Shown: positions 19,564 through 29,821 of the stretch, piece after piece | Layout: each line of letters starts with the position of its first letter | Numbering within the stretch: position 1 is the first letter of the stretch | Source: a virus | IMG/VR virus record: IMGVR_UViG_3300027779_002770 | Coordinates: 1 to 64,000 of that record | DNA: 64,000 nt | Direction: 5' to 3' (one strand) | Program-made: the position numbers and the translations under genes | The notes under the pieces: model-generated | The model's input: the letters and a program-made list of their open reading frames with translations, nothing else | What the model was told of the DNA's origin: nothing | Databases searched by the model: none

Positions 19564-20115
19564 GTGGAAAACATCAAAATAAAAGACGTTATAAGTAAAG
19601 AGTACAAGACAAAGTTAACCGAATACCACAGTAGTAATAAAAAGTGGGGCGGCGCAGTAACAAGTAAAACAGCTGAAATTCATAAATTAATGATCTTAAC
19701 AGATTCTAAATCAGTATTAGATTATGGTGCTGGTAGCAGTGCTTATCTTGACACAATGAACGCATATAATATGGATCTTCCGTATAGCATACATGAGTAT
19801 GAACCCGGAAGAGAAGAATTATCAGGAGATCCCCCAGTTGTAGATTTCACAGTTTGTTGTGATGTACTAGAACATGTTGAACCTGCGAAAGTAGATATCA
19901 CCTTACAGCACATTGCTAATAAAACAAGAAAGTTTGCGTATTTTACAATATGTCTTGTTCCTTCAAGTGGCACATTTTCTGATGGAACTAACTTACACTT
20001 AACTATACATCCAGCAGATTGGTGGCTGAAGAAATTAGAAGCTGATTGGGAAATTATAACCAATACCACTACATGGGCACATCTAGTACTGTGTCTTAAG
20101 AGAAAATCTAAATAA
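19564..20115 (+). CDS. class I SAM-dependent methyltransferase
   Basis: VLDYGAG motif I, DVLEHV. Confidence 0.85.
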   Translation: MENIKIKDVISKEYKTKLTEYHSSNKKWGGAVTSKTAEIHKLMILTDSKSVLDYGAGSSAYLDTMNAYNMDLPYSIHEYEPGREELSGDPPVVDFTVCCDVLEHVEPAKVDITLQHIANKTRKFAYFTICLVPSSGTFSDGTNLHLTIHPADWWLKKLEADWEIITNTTTWAHLVLCLKRKSK

Positions 20116-20145
20116 TATTAAAGTTAACGTATAAAGGAAAATGTT

Positions 20146-21048
20146 ATGAAAGTAATTGTTACAGGAGGCGCAGGCTTTATAGGCAGCGCATTAGTAGATA
20201 AATTAATAAAAAAGAAGCATGAAGTAATAATTTTAGATAATTTATCAACAGGAACAGAAAAATACTTAAATCCAAAAGCTAGATTTATAGAGTGCGACAT
20301 TTCAGATGACAAACAGTTTGAATATGCAGAGTACTTTTTTGACGGTGTAGATGTAGTATTTCATACAGCTGCAATGCCAAGAGTACAACCATCAATTGAT
20401 GATCCTATTCGATATCATGAAGTAAATGTTTTAGGGACATTAAAGTTATTAATGGCGTGTAGAGATAACAATGTAAGAAGGTTTGTATTTAGTTCATCTT
20501 CTTCTGTATACGGAAATCCAAAAATACTTCCAGCTTTGGAAGATCATGAGTTGAATCCATTGAGTCCCTATGCATTGAATAAACAAATGGGAGAACAGTA
20601 TTGTAAAATTTTTAGTGAGCTCTATGGCCTTGAAACTGTCGCGTTAAGATACTTTAATGTGTATGGCGATAGACAACCGACTGAGGGTGCTTATTGCTTG
20701 GTCATGGGTGTATTTTTAAATCAGCTTCTTAATGGTAAAAAATTAACAATCAATGGTGATGGAGAGCAGCGAAGAGATTTTACTTATGTTGGTGACGTTG
20801 TTGATGCAAATATAAAAGCAGCCTATACATCTTTAGATAAGTTTGAGGTCTTTAATATTGGGGCAGGAAGTAGTAAATCTGTAAATCATGTTGCTGATCT
20901 ATTTGATTGTGACAGAATACATAGAGATCCTGTTATAGAACCAAGAGAGCTACAGGCAGATGTTACTAAAGCAAAAAATATTCTAGATTGGAAGCCAACA
21001 GGTGATTTTGATAGTTGGTGTAAAAATTGGATAAAAAAGTATATATAA
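20146..21048 (+). CDS. NAD-dependent epimerase/dehydratase (UDP-glucose 4-epimerase-like)
   Basis: TGGAGFIG, SSSSVYG, YALNK, RYFNVYG. Confidence 0.93.
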   Translation: MKVIVTGGAGFIGSALVDKLIKKKHEVIILDNLSTGTEKYLNPKARFIECDISDDKQFEYAEYFFDGVDVVFHTAAMPRVQPSIDDPIRYHEVNVLGTLKLLMACRDNNVRRFVFSSSSSVYGNPKILPALEDHELNPLSPYALNKQMGEQYCKIFSELYGLETVALRYFNVYGDRQPTEGAYCLVMGVFLNQLLNGKKLTINGDGEQRRDFTYVGDVVDANIKAAYTSLDKFEVFNIGAGSSKSVNHVADLFDCDRIHRDPVIEPRELQADVTKAKNILDWKPTGDFDSWCKNWIKKYI

Positions 21049-21126
21049 ACTAACTTTTGAAAGTCTTGCATAATATATATTAACGTATTAAATGAACAAT
21101 GAACACTTAACGAAGGAGAAATGATA

Positions 21127-21888
21127 ATGGACTTAAGCGTAATAAAATCCAGGTTATCACAACTACAACAATCAAATCAAAGAACTACAAATCTATGGAA
21201 ACCCTCCCCGGGTAAGACTCAAATCCGAATTGTACCTTATAAATTTAACAAGGACAATCCGTTTATTGAACTCTATTTCCATTATGATATGGGTGAGAAG
21301 AATTATCTTTCACCAATTTCATTTGGTCGTCCAGACCCAATGGAAGAGTTCGCAACTAAGTTAAAGACTTCCGGTAATAAGGAAGACTATAAGCTTGGTA
21401 GGAAAATAGAAGCTAAGATGCGTACCTACGCTCCTGTCATCGTTCGCGGTGAGGAGAATGAAGGTGTAAAATTCTGGGGCTTCGGAAAAATGGTGTATCA
21501 GGAATTACTTTCTGTTATAGCTGATCCAGACTACGGTGACATCACTGATCCAGTAAAAGGTCGTGATATTGTCGTTGAGTTTAAGACTAGCGAAGAGACA
21601 GGACGTGCTTTCCCGATGACGACTATTAGGGTTAAACCTAATCAGACGGCACTCACAGAGAACACTGAAGTTATGAAAGTAGTAAAAGATACTCAGCGAA
21701 ACATTACTGATATCTATTCAGAATTAGAGTATGATGATCTTCAAAAGGCATTAGAGGCTTGGCTAAATCAAGAAAATGATGTTAAAGAAGGTGAGATATC
21801 TGATCCTGCAAAAGCTGCTGATTCAAAAAAGAATGGTCAAGTGACTGAAGATGTTTCTTCAGCTTTCGATGACCTATTTAATTCTTAA
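21127..21888 (+). CDS. single-stranded DNA-binding protein (T4 gp32-like)
   Basis: LWKP, IRIVP, DITDPVKGRD, acidic tail ending FDDLFNS; AAGGAG SD. Confidence 0.85.
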   Translation: MDLSVIKSRLSQLQQSNQRTTNLWKPSPGKTQIRIVPYKFNKDNPFIELYFHYDMGEKNYLSPISFGRPDPMEEFATKLKTSGNKEDYKLGRKIEAKMRTYAPVIVRGEENEGVKFWGFGKMVYQELLSVIADPDYGDITDPVKGRDIVVEFKTSEETGRAFPMTTIRVKPNQTALTENTEVMKVVKDTQRNITDIYSELEYDDLQKALEAWLNQENDVKEGEISDPAKAADSKKNGQVTEDVSSAFDDLFNS

Positions 21889-21905
21889 GTTATAGGAGAA
21901 CCACT

Positions 21906-23009
21906 ATGAGCGCAAGACGTGATGTTCTTGCTAGTGAGCTAGCAGAAAGTCTAAACTCGAAAGTAAAAGGGCAAAAAGTAGCATTTTTCTTAGATGGAAC
22001 AGATGACACGCCAACTGATATTAAAGATTTCATATCTACAGGATCATCTTTACTTGACTTAGCAGTATCAAACAGACCGAATGGTGGAATAGCAGTGGGA
22101 AGAATCACGGAGATCAATGGTCTTCAGGCTTCCGGAAAATCACTGCTTGGTGCACATATTCTTGCTGAGACACAGAAAAAAGGTGGCATCGCAGTTTATA
22201 TTGACACAGAAACTTCTGTTAGTAAGGAATTTCTAGATGCAATTGGTGCTGATACTAAGAATATCCTGTATCTTCATATGGAAACTGTTGAAGATATATT
22301 TCAAGGAATCGAAGATATTGTAACTAAAGTAAGAGAATCTGACAAAAACAAGTATGTTACCATACTGGTCGACAGTCTTGCTGGAGCATCTACTAAGGTT
22401 GAAATGTCATCTGATTATGAAAAAGATGGATGGGCTACATCCAAAGCAATCATAATCTCTAAGGCAATGCGTAAGATTACACAGATGATTGGTAGACAAA
22501 AAATCACACTTGTGTTTACAAATCAATTGAGACAGAAATTGGGTGTTATGTTTGGTGATCCATATACGACTAGTGGTGGTTTGGCATTGCCATTCCACGC
22601 TTCAACTCGTATACGATTATCGAATATGGGCATGATTAAGGACAAAGAATCAAATGTAATCGGACATAAATGCCGTGCTAAAATTATCAAGAATAGAATC
22701 GGACCGCCACTGCGAATATCAGATTACGAGATGTATTTTGATCGTGGTATTGATGATGCTGGTGGCTGGCTGCTAACTCTTAAGAATATTAAGGTAGCGC
22801 AAGGTGCTGGAGCTTGGTATACTATTGACTACAACGGTACACCTGTAAAATTCTTATCAAAAGACTTCAAAGATAAGCTAGAAGAAATAGACGGACTCAA
22901 AGAATATCTCTATGATAAAATCTGTGAAGCTAACATCTTGAAGTATGATGACAAGAGAGGCATTGATGATGTTGAATTTACAGATGAAGTAGTCGGCGAA
23001 GATGCGTGA
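21906..23009 (+). CDS. recA: RecA/UvsX recombinase
   Basis: STGSSLLDLA, P-loop GLQASGKS, DSLA, FTNQLRQK, GGLALPFHAS. Confidence 0.95.
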   Translation: MSARRDVLASELAESLNSKVKGQKVAFFLDGTDDTPTDIKDFISTGSSLLDLAVSNRPNGGIAVGRITEINGLQASGKSLLGAHILAETQKKGGIAVYIDTETSVSKEFLDAIGADTKNILYLHMETVEDIFQGIEDIVTKVRESDKNKYVTILVDSLAGASTKVEMSSDYEKDGWATSKAIIISKAMRKITQMIGRQKITLVFTNQLRQKLGVMFGDPYTTSGGLALPFHASTRIRLSNMGMIKDKESNVIGHKCRAKIIKNRIGPPLRISDYEMYFDRGIDDAGGWLLTLKNIKVAQGAGAWYTIDYNGTPVKFLSKDFKDKLEEIDGLKEYLYDKICEANILKYDDKRGIDDVEFTDEVVGEDA

Positions 23010-24015
23010 GAGGTACAAAGAGATACTTTCTCAAATTAGTGAACATGTAAGAAAAGAGCATAGTGTTGATGACCACGTCCTGATAATAGACGGTTTAAAT
23101 AACTTTATCAGGACGTGGGCCGCATCACCTGCTACTAATTCCGATGGTCAACATATCGGTGGCATTGTAGGTTTTTTACAGACAATTGGTTTAGCAATTA
23201 GAACTCTTGGCCCCACAAGAGTTATTATTACATTTGATGGTAAAGGCGGATCAGCTCGAAGAAAGAAACTCTACCCAGAATATAAAGCTGGAAGGAAGCC
23301 CCTTAAGCGACCGAATAGAGTTGAAGGAATGACAGATGAAGGTGAAGCTGAGAACATGCGCAGGCAGTTTAGACGCTTAATTGAGTACCTAGACTGTCTG
23401 CCTGTTGGAGTAATTACAATTGAAAATATCGAAGCTGATGACACGATAGCTTATATTTCAAAGCAGATACTCAAAGATTCAAAAGTAACAATAATGAGTA
23501 CAGATAAAGATTTTTATCAAATTATAAATGATAGAATTTCAGTATGGTCACCAACAAAAAAAGTTTTATATGATAGAAAAAAGCTTGAAGAAGAATTTGA
23601 AATACTTGCTGAAAATTTTGTATATTATAGAATAATTGATGGTGATAAGTCTGATAATATAAGCGGAATCAGAGGCTTAGGTCTTAAAACAATTCGAAAG
23701 AAATTTCCATTTTTAGAAAATAAAGTAATAGCTGACATTGATAATTTTTTAAATGTTACAAAGCTACATGAACATAAAGAAGTTCTAGAACGTAATTATA
23801 AATTAATGCAATTACATAATGTCGATATTCCTGGAAATGCAAAGTTACAAATAATAGACCAAGTAAGAGATGGATCTTCAAGATTAGTAAAATATAAGAT
23901 CCATAAAATGTTTTTAGAAGATACAATTGATCATGCAATTAGAAATCCTGATGTCTGGTTGCAAGACAGTTTTAACAAATTAGATTTGATACTAAATAAT
24001 GTCCCCAATAAATGA
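23002..24015 (+). CDS. 5'-3' exonuclease / flap endonuclease (T4 RNase H-like)
   Basis: IIDG, FDG..GS, YKAGR, EADD, STDKD, GDKSDNI. Confidence 0.93.
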   Translation: MRERYKEILSQISEHVRKEHSVDDHVLIIDGLNNFIRTWAASPATNSDGQHIGGIVGFLQTIGLAIRTLGPTRVIITFDGKGGSARRKKLYPEYKAGRKPLKRPNRVEGMTDEGEAENMRRQFRRLIEYLDCLPVGVITIENIEADDTIAYISKQILKDSKVTIMSTDKDFYQIINDRISVWSPTKKVLYDRKKLEEEFEILAENFVYYRIIDGDKSDNISGIRGLGLKTIRKKFPFLENKVIADIDNFLNVTKLHEHKEVLERNYKLMQLHNVDIPGNAKLQIIDQVRDGSSRLVKYKIHKMFLEDTIDHAIRNPDVWLQDSFNKLDLILNNVPNK

Positions 24016-25408
24016 TTCACTAACAAAATACGGATCCGTCTTTCAGACTAAGATCATAACATCATTATTAACTGATCAGCAGTTCGCAATAACAGTGTAT
24101 GATATGATATTGCCAGAACTTTTAGATACAGAAGCAAAACAATGGTTAGTTAGGCAGGTTAAAGAGTACTATTACGAATATAAAGTTACGCCAACACTAG
24201 CAGCATTAAAAGTGAAAATAAATGAAGTATCAACAGAGCTATTAAAAGATGCAATTGTTGATGAGCTTCGTGAAGTTACAAAAAATATTGAAGCACCTGA
24301 TCTTCAATTCGTTAAGAATGAAACAGTTATCTTTTGTAAAAATCAAATGTTAAAATCTGCAATTATTAAGTCTGTTGATCTGCTACAATTAGGGCAATAT
24401 GATGAGATAAAGCGTGTTGTTGATGATGCATTGCGTGCCGGGACACATAGAGACATTGGCTTAGAATATGTAAAAGATTTTGATTCAATTTTAGATGATA
24501 TTGTTAGAGACACTGTTAAAAGTGGCTGGGAGCCAATTGATGAAATAATGGATGGCGGCCTTGCGGGAGGAGAACTCGGAGTTGTAGTAGCGCCTTCAGG
24601 AATTGGAAAGAGTTGGTGCTTACAAGCACTCGGAGTAAATGCATTAAAAGCAGGAAAAAATGTCGTACATTACACATTAGAATTAAATCAAGCTTATGTT
24701 GGAATGAGATATGCAACAATTTTTGCAGGTGTGCCTGTTGCAAATATCAAAGATAATAAAGAAGAAGTTAAGACAGTAATTACAAATGAGTGCAAAGGTG
24801 AATTAATTATAAAATATTTTCCAACAAGATCAGCAACTGTGCAAACAATTCACACACATTTAAAGACAATAGAATTAATGGGTCATAGCCCTGATGTAAT
24901 ACTTCTAGATTATGCAGACTTATTACGAGATGTTGGATCAAATAAGGATGCAGCTGTTCGACATATGTTAGGAAATATTTATGAAGATTTACGCGGCTTA
25001 AGCGGAGAATTTCAAATACCGATTTGGACAGCATCACAGTCTAATAGGTCATCATTAGAAGATGAGGTAATCGGCGCAGACAAAATTGCAGAATCATATG
25101 CAAAAATAATGACGGCTGATTTCGTTATGTCATTATCTAGAAAGATAGAGGATAAGATCGCAAATACAGGACGTATTCATATTATAAAAAATAGATTCGG
25201 TCCTGATGGCATGACTTATCCAACAACTATGAATACATCAATAGGCCATATAGATGTGTATGACACCGCATCTGTTAGTGGAAAAGCTGAACAACAAAAG
25301 CAAAATAACGGCGCTGAATATACCAGAAAGCTGCTTGCTAAAAAGTACGATGATTTTAAACCAACAAATAAAGATGATCAAAAACATAAAGATTTTGTAC
25401 AAAATTAA
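23999..25408 (+). CDS. DnaB-like replicative helicase
   Basis: Walker A APSGIGKS, YTLEL, LDYAD, TASQSNR, KNRFG. Confidence 0.95.
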   Translation: MSPINDSLTKYGSVFQTKIITSLLTDQQFAITVYDMILPELLDTEAKQWLVRQVKEYYYEYKVTPTLAALKVKINEVSTELLKDAIVDELREVTKNIEAPDLQFVKNETVIFCKNQMLKSAIIKSVDLLQLGQYDEIKRVVDDALRAGTHRDIGLEYVKDFDSILDDIVRDTVKSGWEPIDEIMDGGLAGGELGVVVAPSGIGKSWCLQALGVNALKAGKNVVHYTLELNQAYVGMRYATIFAGVPVANIKDNKEEVKTVITNECKGELIIKYFPTRSATVQTIHTHLKTIELMGHSPDVILLDYADLLRDVGSNKDAAVRHMLGNIYEDLRGLSGEFQIPIWTASQSNRSSLEDEVIGADKIAESYAKIMTADFVMSLSRKIEDKIANTGRIHIIKNRFGPDGMTYPTTMNTSIGHIDVYDTASVSGKAEQQKQNNGAEYTRKLLAKKYDDFKPTNKDDQKHKDFVQN

Positions 25409-25477
25409 TGTATATCTTGTTATTTAAAGTGGCAGTATGAGATCAAGTTTTAATAATTTTGCAAAGGAGAAGTTTTA

Positions 25478-27448
25478 ATGCAACAAAAGTTCAAGTTATC
25501 ACAGGCATTTATAGACAAGTTCAAACGAAAAAAACCGCCTTTTGGCTTTAACGGATTAGGTGAGCTGGTTTACATGAGAACATACTCACGCCTTAAAGAA
25601 GATGGAAAAAATGAAAAATGGTGGGAGACAGTAAGGCGAGTTGTAGAAGGCACATATTCAATGCAAATGAATTGGATTGACTCACATCAGTTAGGATGGA
25701 ATCCCTGGCGCGCTCAAAAATCTGCACAAGAAATGTATGACCGTATTTTCAATATGAAATTCTTGCCGCCTGGTAGAGGTTTATGGGCAATGGGATCACC
25801 AATAACAGAAGAAAGAAATTTATATGCAGCACTAAACAATTGTGCCTTCGTTTCTACAGAAACAATTAAAGATGATGGTTCAAAACCGTTTACATTTTTA
25901 ATGGATGCCAGTATGTTAGGTGTTGGTGTAGGCTTTGATACAAAGGGTGCAGAAAAAATTATGGTCAAGGGACCTTCACTAAAAAGAGATCCTGAACTTT
26001 TTGTAGTACCAGATACGCGTGAAGGCTGGGTTGAAGCAGTAGCTGCTTTAATTGATTCTTATTTTCACGGAACATCTGACTTATCATTTGATTATACAAA
26101 AATAAGACCAGCGGGTGTACCAATCAAAGGTTTTGGAGGGCAATCAAGCGGCCCGGAGCCATTAAAAGAATTACATGATACAATCAGAGAAGTACTAGAT
26201 AGAAATATTGGAGCACCAATTACTATTACAACAATTGTAGATATAATGAACCTCATCGGCAAGTGTGTAGTAGCAGGAAATGTACGTAGAACAGCTGAGA
26301 TTGTATTCGGTGACCCATATTCTGATGAATACATGGACCTCAAAAACTACGATCAAAACCCCCACAGAGATCAATATGGATGGACATCAAATAATTCTAT
26401 ATTTGCAGAGTTAGGCATGGATTATTCAGAGCCCTGTAAGAGAATTATAAAAAATGGGGAACCAGGCTTTGCTTGGCTAGAAAATATGCAAGGCTATTCT
26501 AGAATGAAAAATGGGAAAGATGATAAAGATCATAGAGCAGCTGGCGGCAATCCGTGCTTGGAACAAACGCTTGAAAGCTATGAGCTATGTTGCCTCGTAG
26601 AAACATTTCCGTTTGCGCATGATTCATTAGATGATTATAAAAGAACATTAAAATATGCTTATCTGTATGCCAAAACCGTAACATTAGGAAAGACACACTG
26701 GCCAGAAACAAATAGGGTAATGTTAAGAAATCGCAGAATCGGCTGTTCAGTTAGCGGAGTTGCACAATTTTTAACTTATAGAGGCATTGGTGAGCTAAGA
26801 GATTGGTTAGAATCAGGATACGATGAAATCCAAAGATTAGATCATGTCTATTCAGATTTTTTTGCAATCCCAAAGTCAATTAAAACAACATCAGTAAAAC
26901 CAAGCGGAACAGTATCCCTGCTTGCAGGTGCTACACCAGGAGTACATTATCCTGAGTCAAGATTTTATATTCGTAGAATGCGACTATCAAATCAGTCAGA
27001 ATTATTGCAGCCACTAAGATCTGCAGGTTATAAAATTGAACCAGCATACGGATCTGAAGATTCTACAGTCTGTGTAGAGGTACCAATTGATGTTGGTGAT
27101 GGAGTTAGAACAGCTAAAGAATTGACTATTTGGGAACAATTTAGTCTTGCTGCATTTATGCAAAGACACTGGGCAGATAATCAAGTAAGCTGTACTGTGA
27201 CATTTGATCCTGAAAAAGAAGCTGATCAATTAGAACAAGCACTTAATTATTTTCAATATCAATTAAAAGGTATTAGCTGTCTTCCAAGATCTGACACCGG
27301 TGCATACAAACAAATGCCTTATGAGGCGATTGATGAGAAAGCATACAATAAAATAAGTAAAAAACTCAATAAATTATCATTTGCCAAGATGAAAGGTGAA
27401 GATGCAGAGGTAGAATTATTTTGTGATGGAGATGTTTGTATTATTTAA
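25478..27448 (+). CDS. nrdJ: class II (adenosylcobalamin-dependent) monomeric ribonucleoside-triphosphate reductase
   Basis: FLPPGRGLW, LNNC, NPCLEQ, KPSGTVS, C-terminal CDGDVC redox tail. Confidence 0.93.
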   Translation: MQQKFKLSQAFIDKFKRKKPPFGFNGLGELVYMRTYSRLKEDGKNEKWWETVRRVVEGTYSMQMNWIDSHQLGWNPWRAQKSAQEMYDRIFNMKFLPPGRGLWAMGSPITEERNLYAALNNCAFVSTETIKDDGSKPFTFLMDASMLGVGVGFDTKGAEKIMVKGPSLKRDPELFVVPDTREGWVEAVAALIDSYFHGTSDLSFDYTKIRPAGVPIKGFGGQSSGPEPLKELHDTIREVLDRNIGAPITITTIVDIMNLIGKCVVAGNVRRTAEIVFGDPYSDEYMDLKNYDQNPHRDQYGWTSNNSIFAELGMDYSEPCKRIIKNGEPGFAWLENMQGYSRMKNGKDDKDHRAAGGNPCLEQTLESYELCCLVETFPFAHDSLDDYKRTLKYAYLYAKTVTLGKTHWPETNRVMLRNRRIGCSVSGVAQFLTYRGIGELRDWLESGYDEIQRLDHVYSDFFAIPKSIKTTSVKPSGTVSLLAGATPGVHYPESRFYIRRMRLSNQSELLQPLRSAGYKIEPAYGSEDSTVCVEVPIDVGDGVRTAKELTIWEQFSLAAFMQRHWADNQVSCTVTFDPEKEADQLEQALNYFQYQLKGISCLPRSDTGAYKQMPYEAIDEKAYNKISKKLNKLSFAKMKGEDAEVELFCDGDVCII

Positions 27449-27516
27449 AAAAAATATATATTTTGAATAATTAGCACTATATATATATTAAATGGTTATA
27501 CATAAAGGAGTTATAA

Positions 27517-27951
27517 ATGTACGATTGCTATATTGCTAGTGGTTGGTTCAATGAGAATCAAGCACGAGACTTAGAAAACATAAAATCTACACTTGATGAA
27601 ATGGGTGTTAAATATTTTTCACCAAAAGATGAAATCGTTGCCAAGCGTGATGCCACATTGGAAGAGCAAGAAATGATTTTTAAGGGAAATGTTGATGCTA
27701 TCACAAGTGGAAAATTTGTTGTTTGTAATACACGTGATAAAGATCTGGGAACAATATTTGAGGCAGGATTTTCATATGCATCAGGTATTCCGCTAATCTA
27801 TTATGCTGAAGGGCTACAAGGTAATTTCAATCTTATGCTTTCTCGTAGTGGAAGGGCTGTTGCAACAAATGTAGATGAATTAAAAGAACACGTAAAAGGA
27901 ATAATGGAAAATCCAAAATATGAAAAAGAATACGTCGGTTTCGTTGAGTGA
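27517..27951 (+). CDS. nucleoside 2-deoxyribosyltransferase-fold nucleotide N-glycosidase (RCL/MilB-like)
   Basis: YIASGWF, DLGTIFEAGF (nucleophile Glu), FNLML. Confidence 0.85.
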   Translation: MYDCYIASGWFNENQARDLENIKSTLDEMGVKYFSPKDEIVAKRDATLEEQEMIFKGNVDAITSGKFVVCNTRDKDLGTIFEAGFSYASGIPLIYYAEGLQGNFNLMLSRSGRAVATNVDELKEHVKGIMENPKYEKEYVGFVE

Positions 27952-28453
27952 TTTTGTAGATAATATCTATATTTTAAAAGCACTTACAAGATATAATAAT
28001 AAATTTAAAATAATTAATGAATCAGTAGCAGAACATTCTTATTTTGTTGCTGTATTAACACTTAAAATGCATGATGATTATAATTTTGATCTAGAAGAGG
28101 CGCTCAAAATGGCACTAATTCATGACATTCCGGAATTACATTTATCAGATGTCACACATGATGTAAAGCGTAATTTTCCAAAGCTTGCACAAGAAGTAAC
28201 TAATGCTGAATATGTCATTATGAAGCAAAAATATCCGCAATGGTTCACAGAATTCAAAAAATTTGAAGATCAGGAGTCAGTTGAGGCATTAGTTGTAAAG
28301 ATGGCAGATAATCTTAGTTGTGTGCAATATGCAACTGCAGAAATGTTGCTTGGCAATAAGGGTTATATGAAAGAAGTCGCTGAAAATGCCGCTAAAAGAG
28401 TTATGCAATGTGAAAGAAAATTAAAAAAATGGAGAAAAATAAATGCCAATTAA
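27920..28453 (+). CDS. HD-domain 5'-deoxynucleotidase (YfbR/DatZ-like)
   Basis: RY...ESVAEHS, ALIHDIPE, KMAD. Confidence 0.88.
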   Translation: MKKNTSVSLSDFVDNIYILKALTRYNNKFKIINESVAEHSYFVAVLTLKMHDDYNFDLEEALKMALIHDIPELHLSDVTHDVKRNFPKLAQEVTNAEYVIMKQKYPQWFTEFKKFEDQESVEALVVKMADNLSCVQYATAEMLLGNKGYMKEVAENAAKRVMQCERKLKKWRKINAN

Positions 28454-29408
28454 CAATGATTTACCAGTAGTTGAACTTCCAACTGGTCTGGGATTTAACG
28501 AACCAATAAAAACAGACTTCCATGATCATCTGGACTCTGTAAAAATAAAGCTAGTAAGCAGCCCTTCAATAGAAGAATTAAGAAACTATATACCTGACTT
28601 TTGTACTGCTACATGGGCAGAACAGCCTTTCAATAAAGCCGGACTGTCAAATTATGAAAAAGATAAAATGATTTGGATGTTATTTGATGGAAAGCTATTG
28701 CCAACAGCATTCGAAACAATAAACTGTACGTTTACCATAGAGGGTATTGACACTCAATTTGTAACACACTTAATCAGACATCGTACATTCAGCTTTTCAG
28801 CGCAATGTACAGGTGACAGATCACAAAGAAATGATAATGCTGTCATACCCCATGCAATCATTAACACACCTGAGATGGCTGAACGCTATAAACAATTAGT
28901 CAATGACACAAAGCAGCTTTACGCTGACATGGTTGACACAAAGCAAATTTCTGTTATGGATGCCAGGCATATTTTGCCAAAATGCCTAAGTACATTTTAC
29001 TGGGCAAGAGGTAACATAAGAGATGTAATGGCTTTTATCAAGACCCGCATCGATAAACAAATCCAACCAACAGAAGATAATTTAGTTGCATACTACATGT
29101 GGTTAGAACTGGTAAGGCAATATCCAATGCTTATTGACTGTATCGACATCCACACGCCTGCAAGATATTATATTTCTACAGCAAGAACAGGTACAGGCAC
29201 AAATCTTTACTGGCCAGATGAAGACTCTGATCTGTTTGACTATAATGAAGATGATTTTTTATATCAGTCTATACGTGAAGATCTTAACGGAACTAAAGAC
29301 TCTGGTAGAAATACATTCATTGAAAAGCTAATAGAAGTAGATAAAGAATTAGAAGAAATAAGACAAGTCGCATATGAAAGATATGATTTTTTAAAAGAAG
29401 GAAAATAG
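28443..29408 (+). CDS. thyX: divergent flavin-dependent thymidylate synthase (ThyX-like)
   Basis: RHRTFSFSAQC, DARHILP, N.R...F...R motifs. Confidence 0.82.
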   Translation: MPINNDLPVVELPTGLGFNEPIKTDFHDHLDSVKIKLVSSPSIEELRNYIPDFCTATWAEQPFNKAGLSNYEKDKMIWMLFDGKLLPTAFETINCTFTIEGIDTQFVTHLIRHRTFSFSAQCTGDRSQRNDNAVIPHAIINTPEMAERYKQLVNDTKQLYADMVDTKQISVMDARHILPKCLSTFYWARGNIRDVMAFIKTRIDKQIQPTEDNLVAYYMWLELVRQYPMLIDCIDIHTPARYYISTARTGTGTNLYWPDEDSDLFDYNEDDFLYQSIREDLNGTKDSGRNTFIEKLIEVDKELEEIRQVAYERYDFLKEGK

Positions 29409-29761
29409 TGGAACGGCTAGAAGAAATATACGAACTACAGAAACATTTTACAGAAAGATTCTTTAAAGAAAAACAAGGGTTAACATTAGATGAAGTAAGA
29501 TCTGATAAAGAACAACTTGTAAAATGGAACAAAGAATACATACTCGCTTTAATAGCTGAGGCGACTGAGGTTTTAAACGAAGTTGATTGGAAGATGCATA
29601 AAAAAATGAATCTTCCAAATGATGCAAGAGAACGATTACTGGAAGAAAGTATTGATGTCATGAAATTCTTATTGGGACTGATGATAGTCAATGGATTCAG
29701 CCTTGAAGACATCTATACTATGTTTGTAAAGAAATCAAAAATAGTTGAAAAAAGACTATAA
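29408..29761 (+). CDS. all-alpha NTP pyrophosphatase (dimeric dUTPase / dCTPase / MazG-like)
   Basis: AEATEVLNEVDWKMHK...EESIDVMKF (ExxE...ExxD). Confidence 0.85.
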   Translation: MERLEEIYELQKHFTERFFKEKQGLTLDEVRSDKEQLVKWNKEYILALIAEATEVLNEVDWKMHKKMNLPNDARERLLEESIDVMKFLLGLMIVNGFSLEDIYTMFVKKSKIVEKRL

Positions 29762-29767
29762 AAAGCC

Positions 29768-29796
29768 TTTACACTTAAGCGAAAAAGGCTTAGATT
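29768..29796 (+). promoter_or_regulatory. sigma70-type promoter TTTACA-N17-TAGATT
   Basis: same hexamers and spacing at 33448 and 44874, variant at 58649. Confidence 0.75.
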
Positions 29797-29821
29797 CTAA
29801 TACAATAAAAAAGGTAATAAT

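Noticed and set aside
27920-29761. 2-aminoadenine (Z-genome) system suggested by DatZ-like HD and MazZ-like genes
   Set aside because: No PurZ/adenylosuccinate synthetase homologue in the window, and the neighbouring enzymes are pyrimidine-directed
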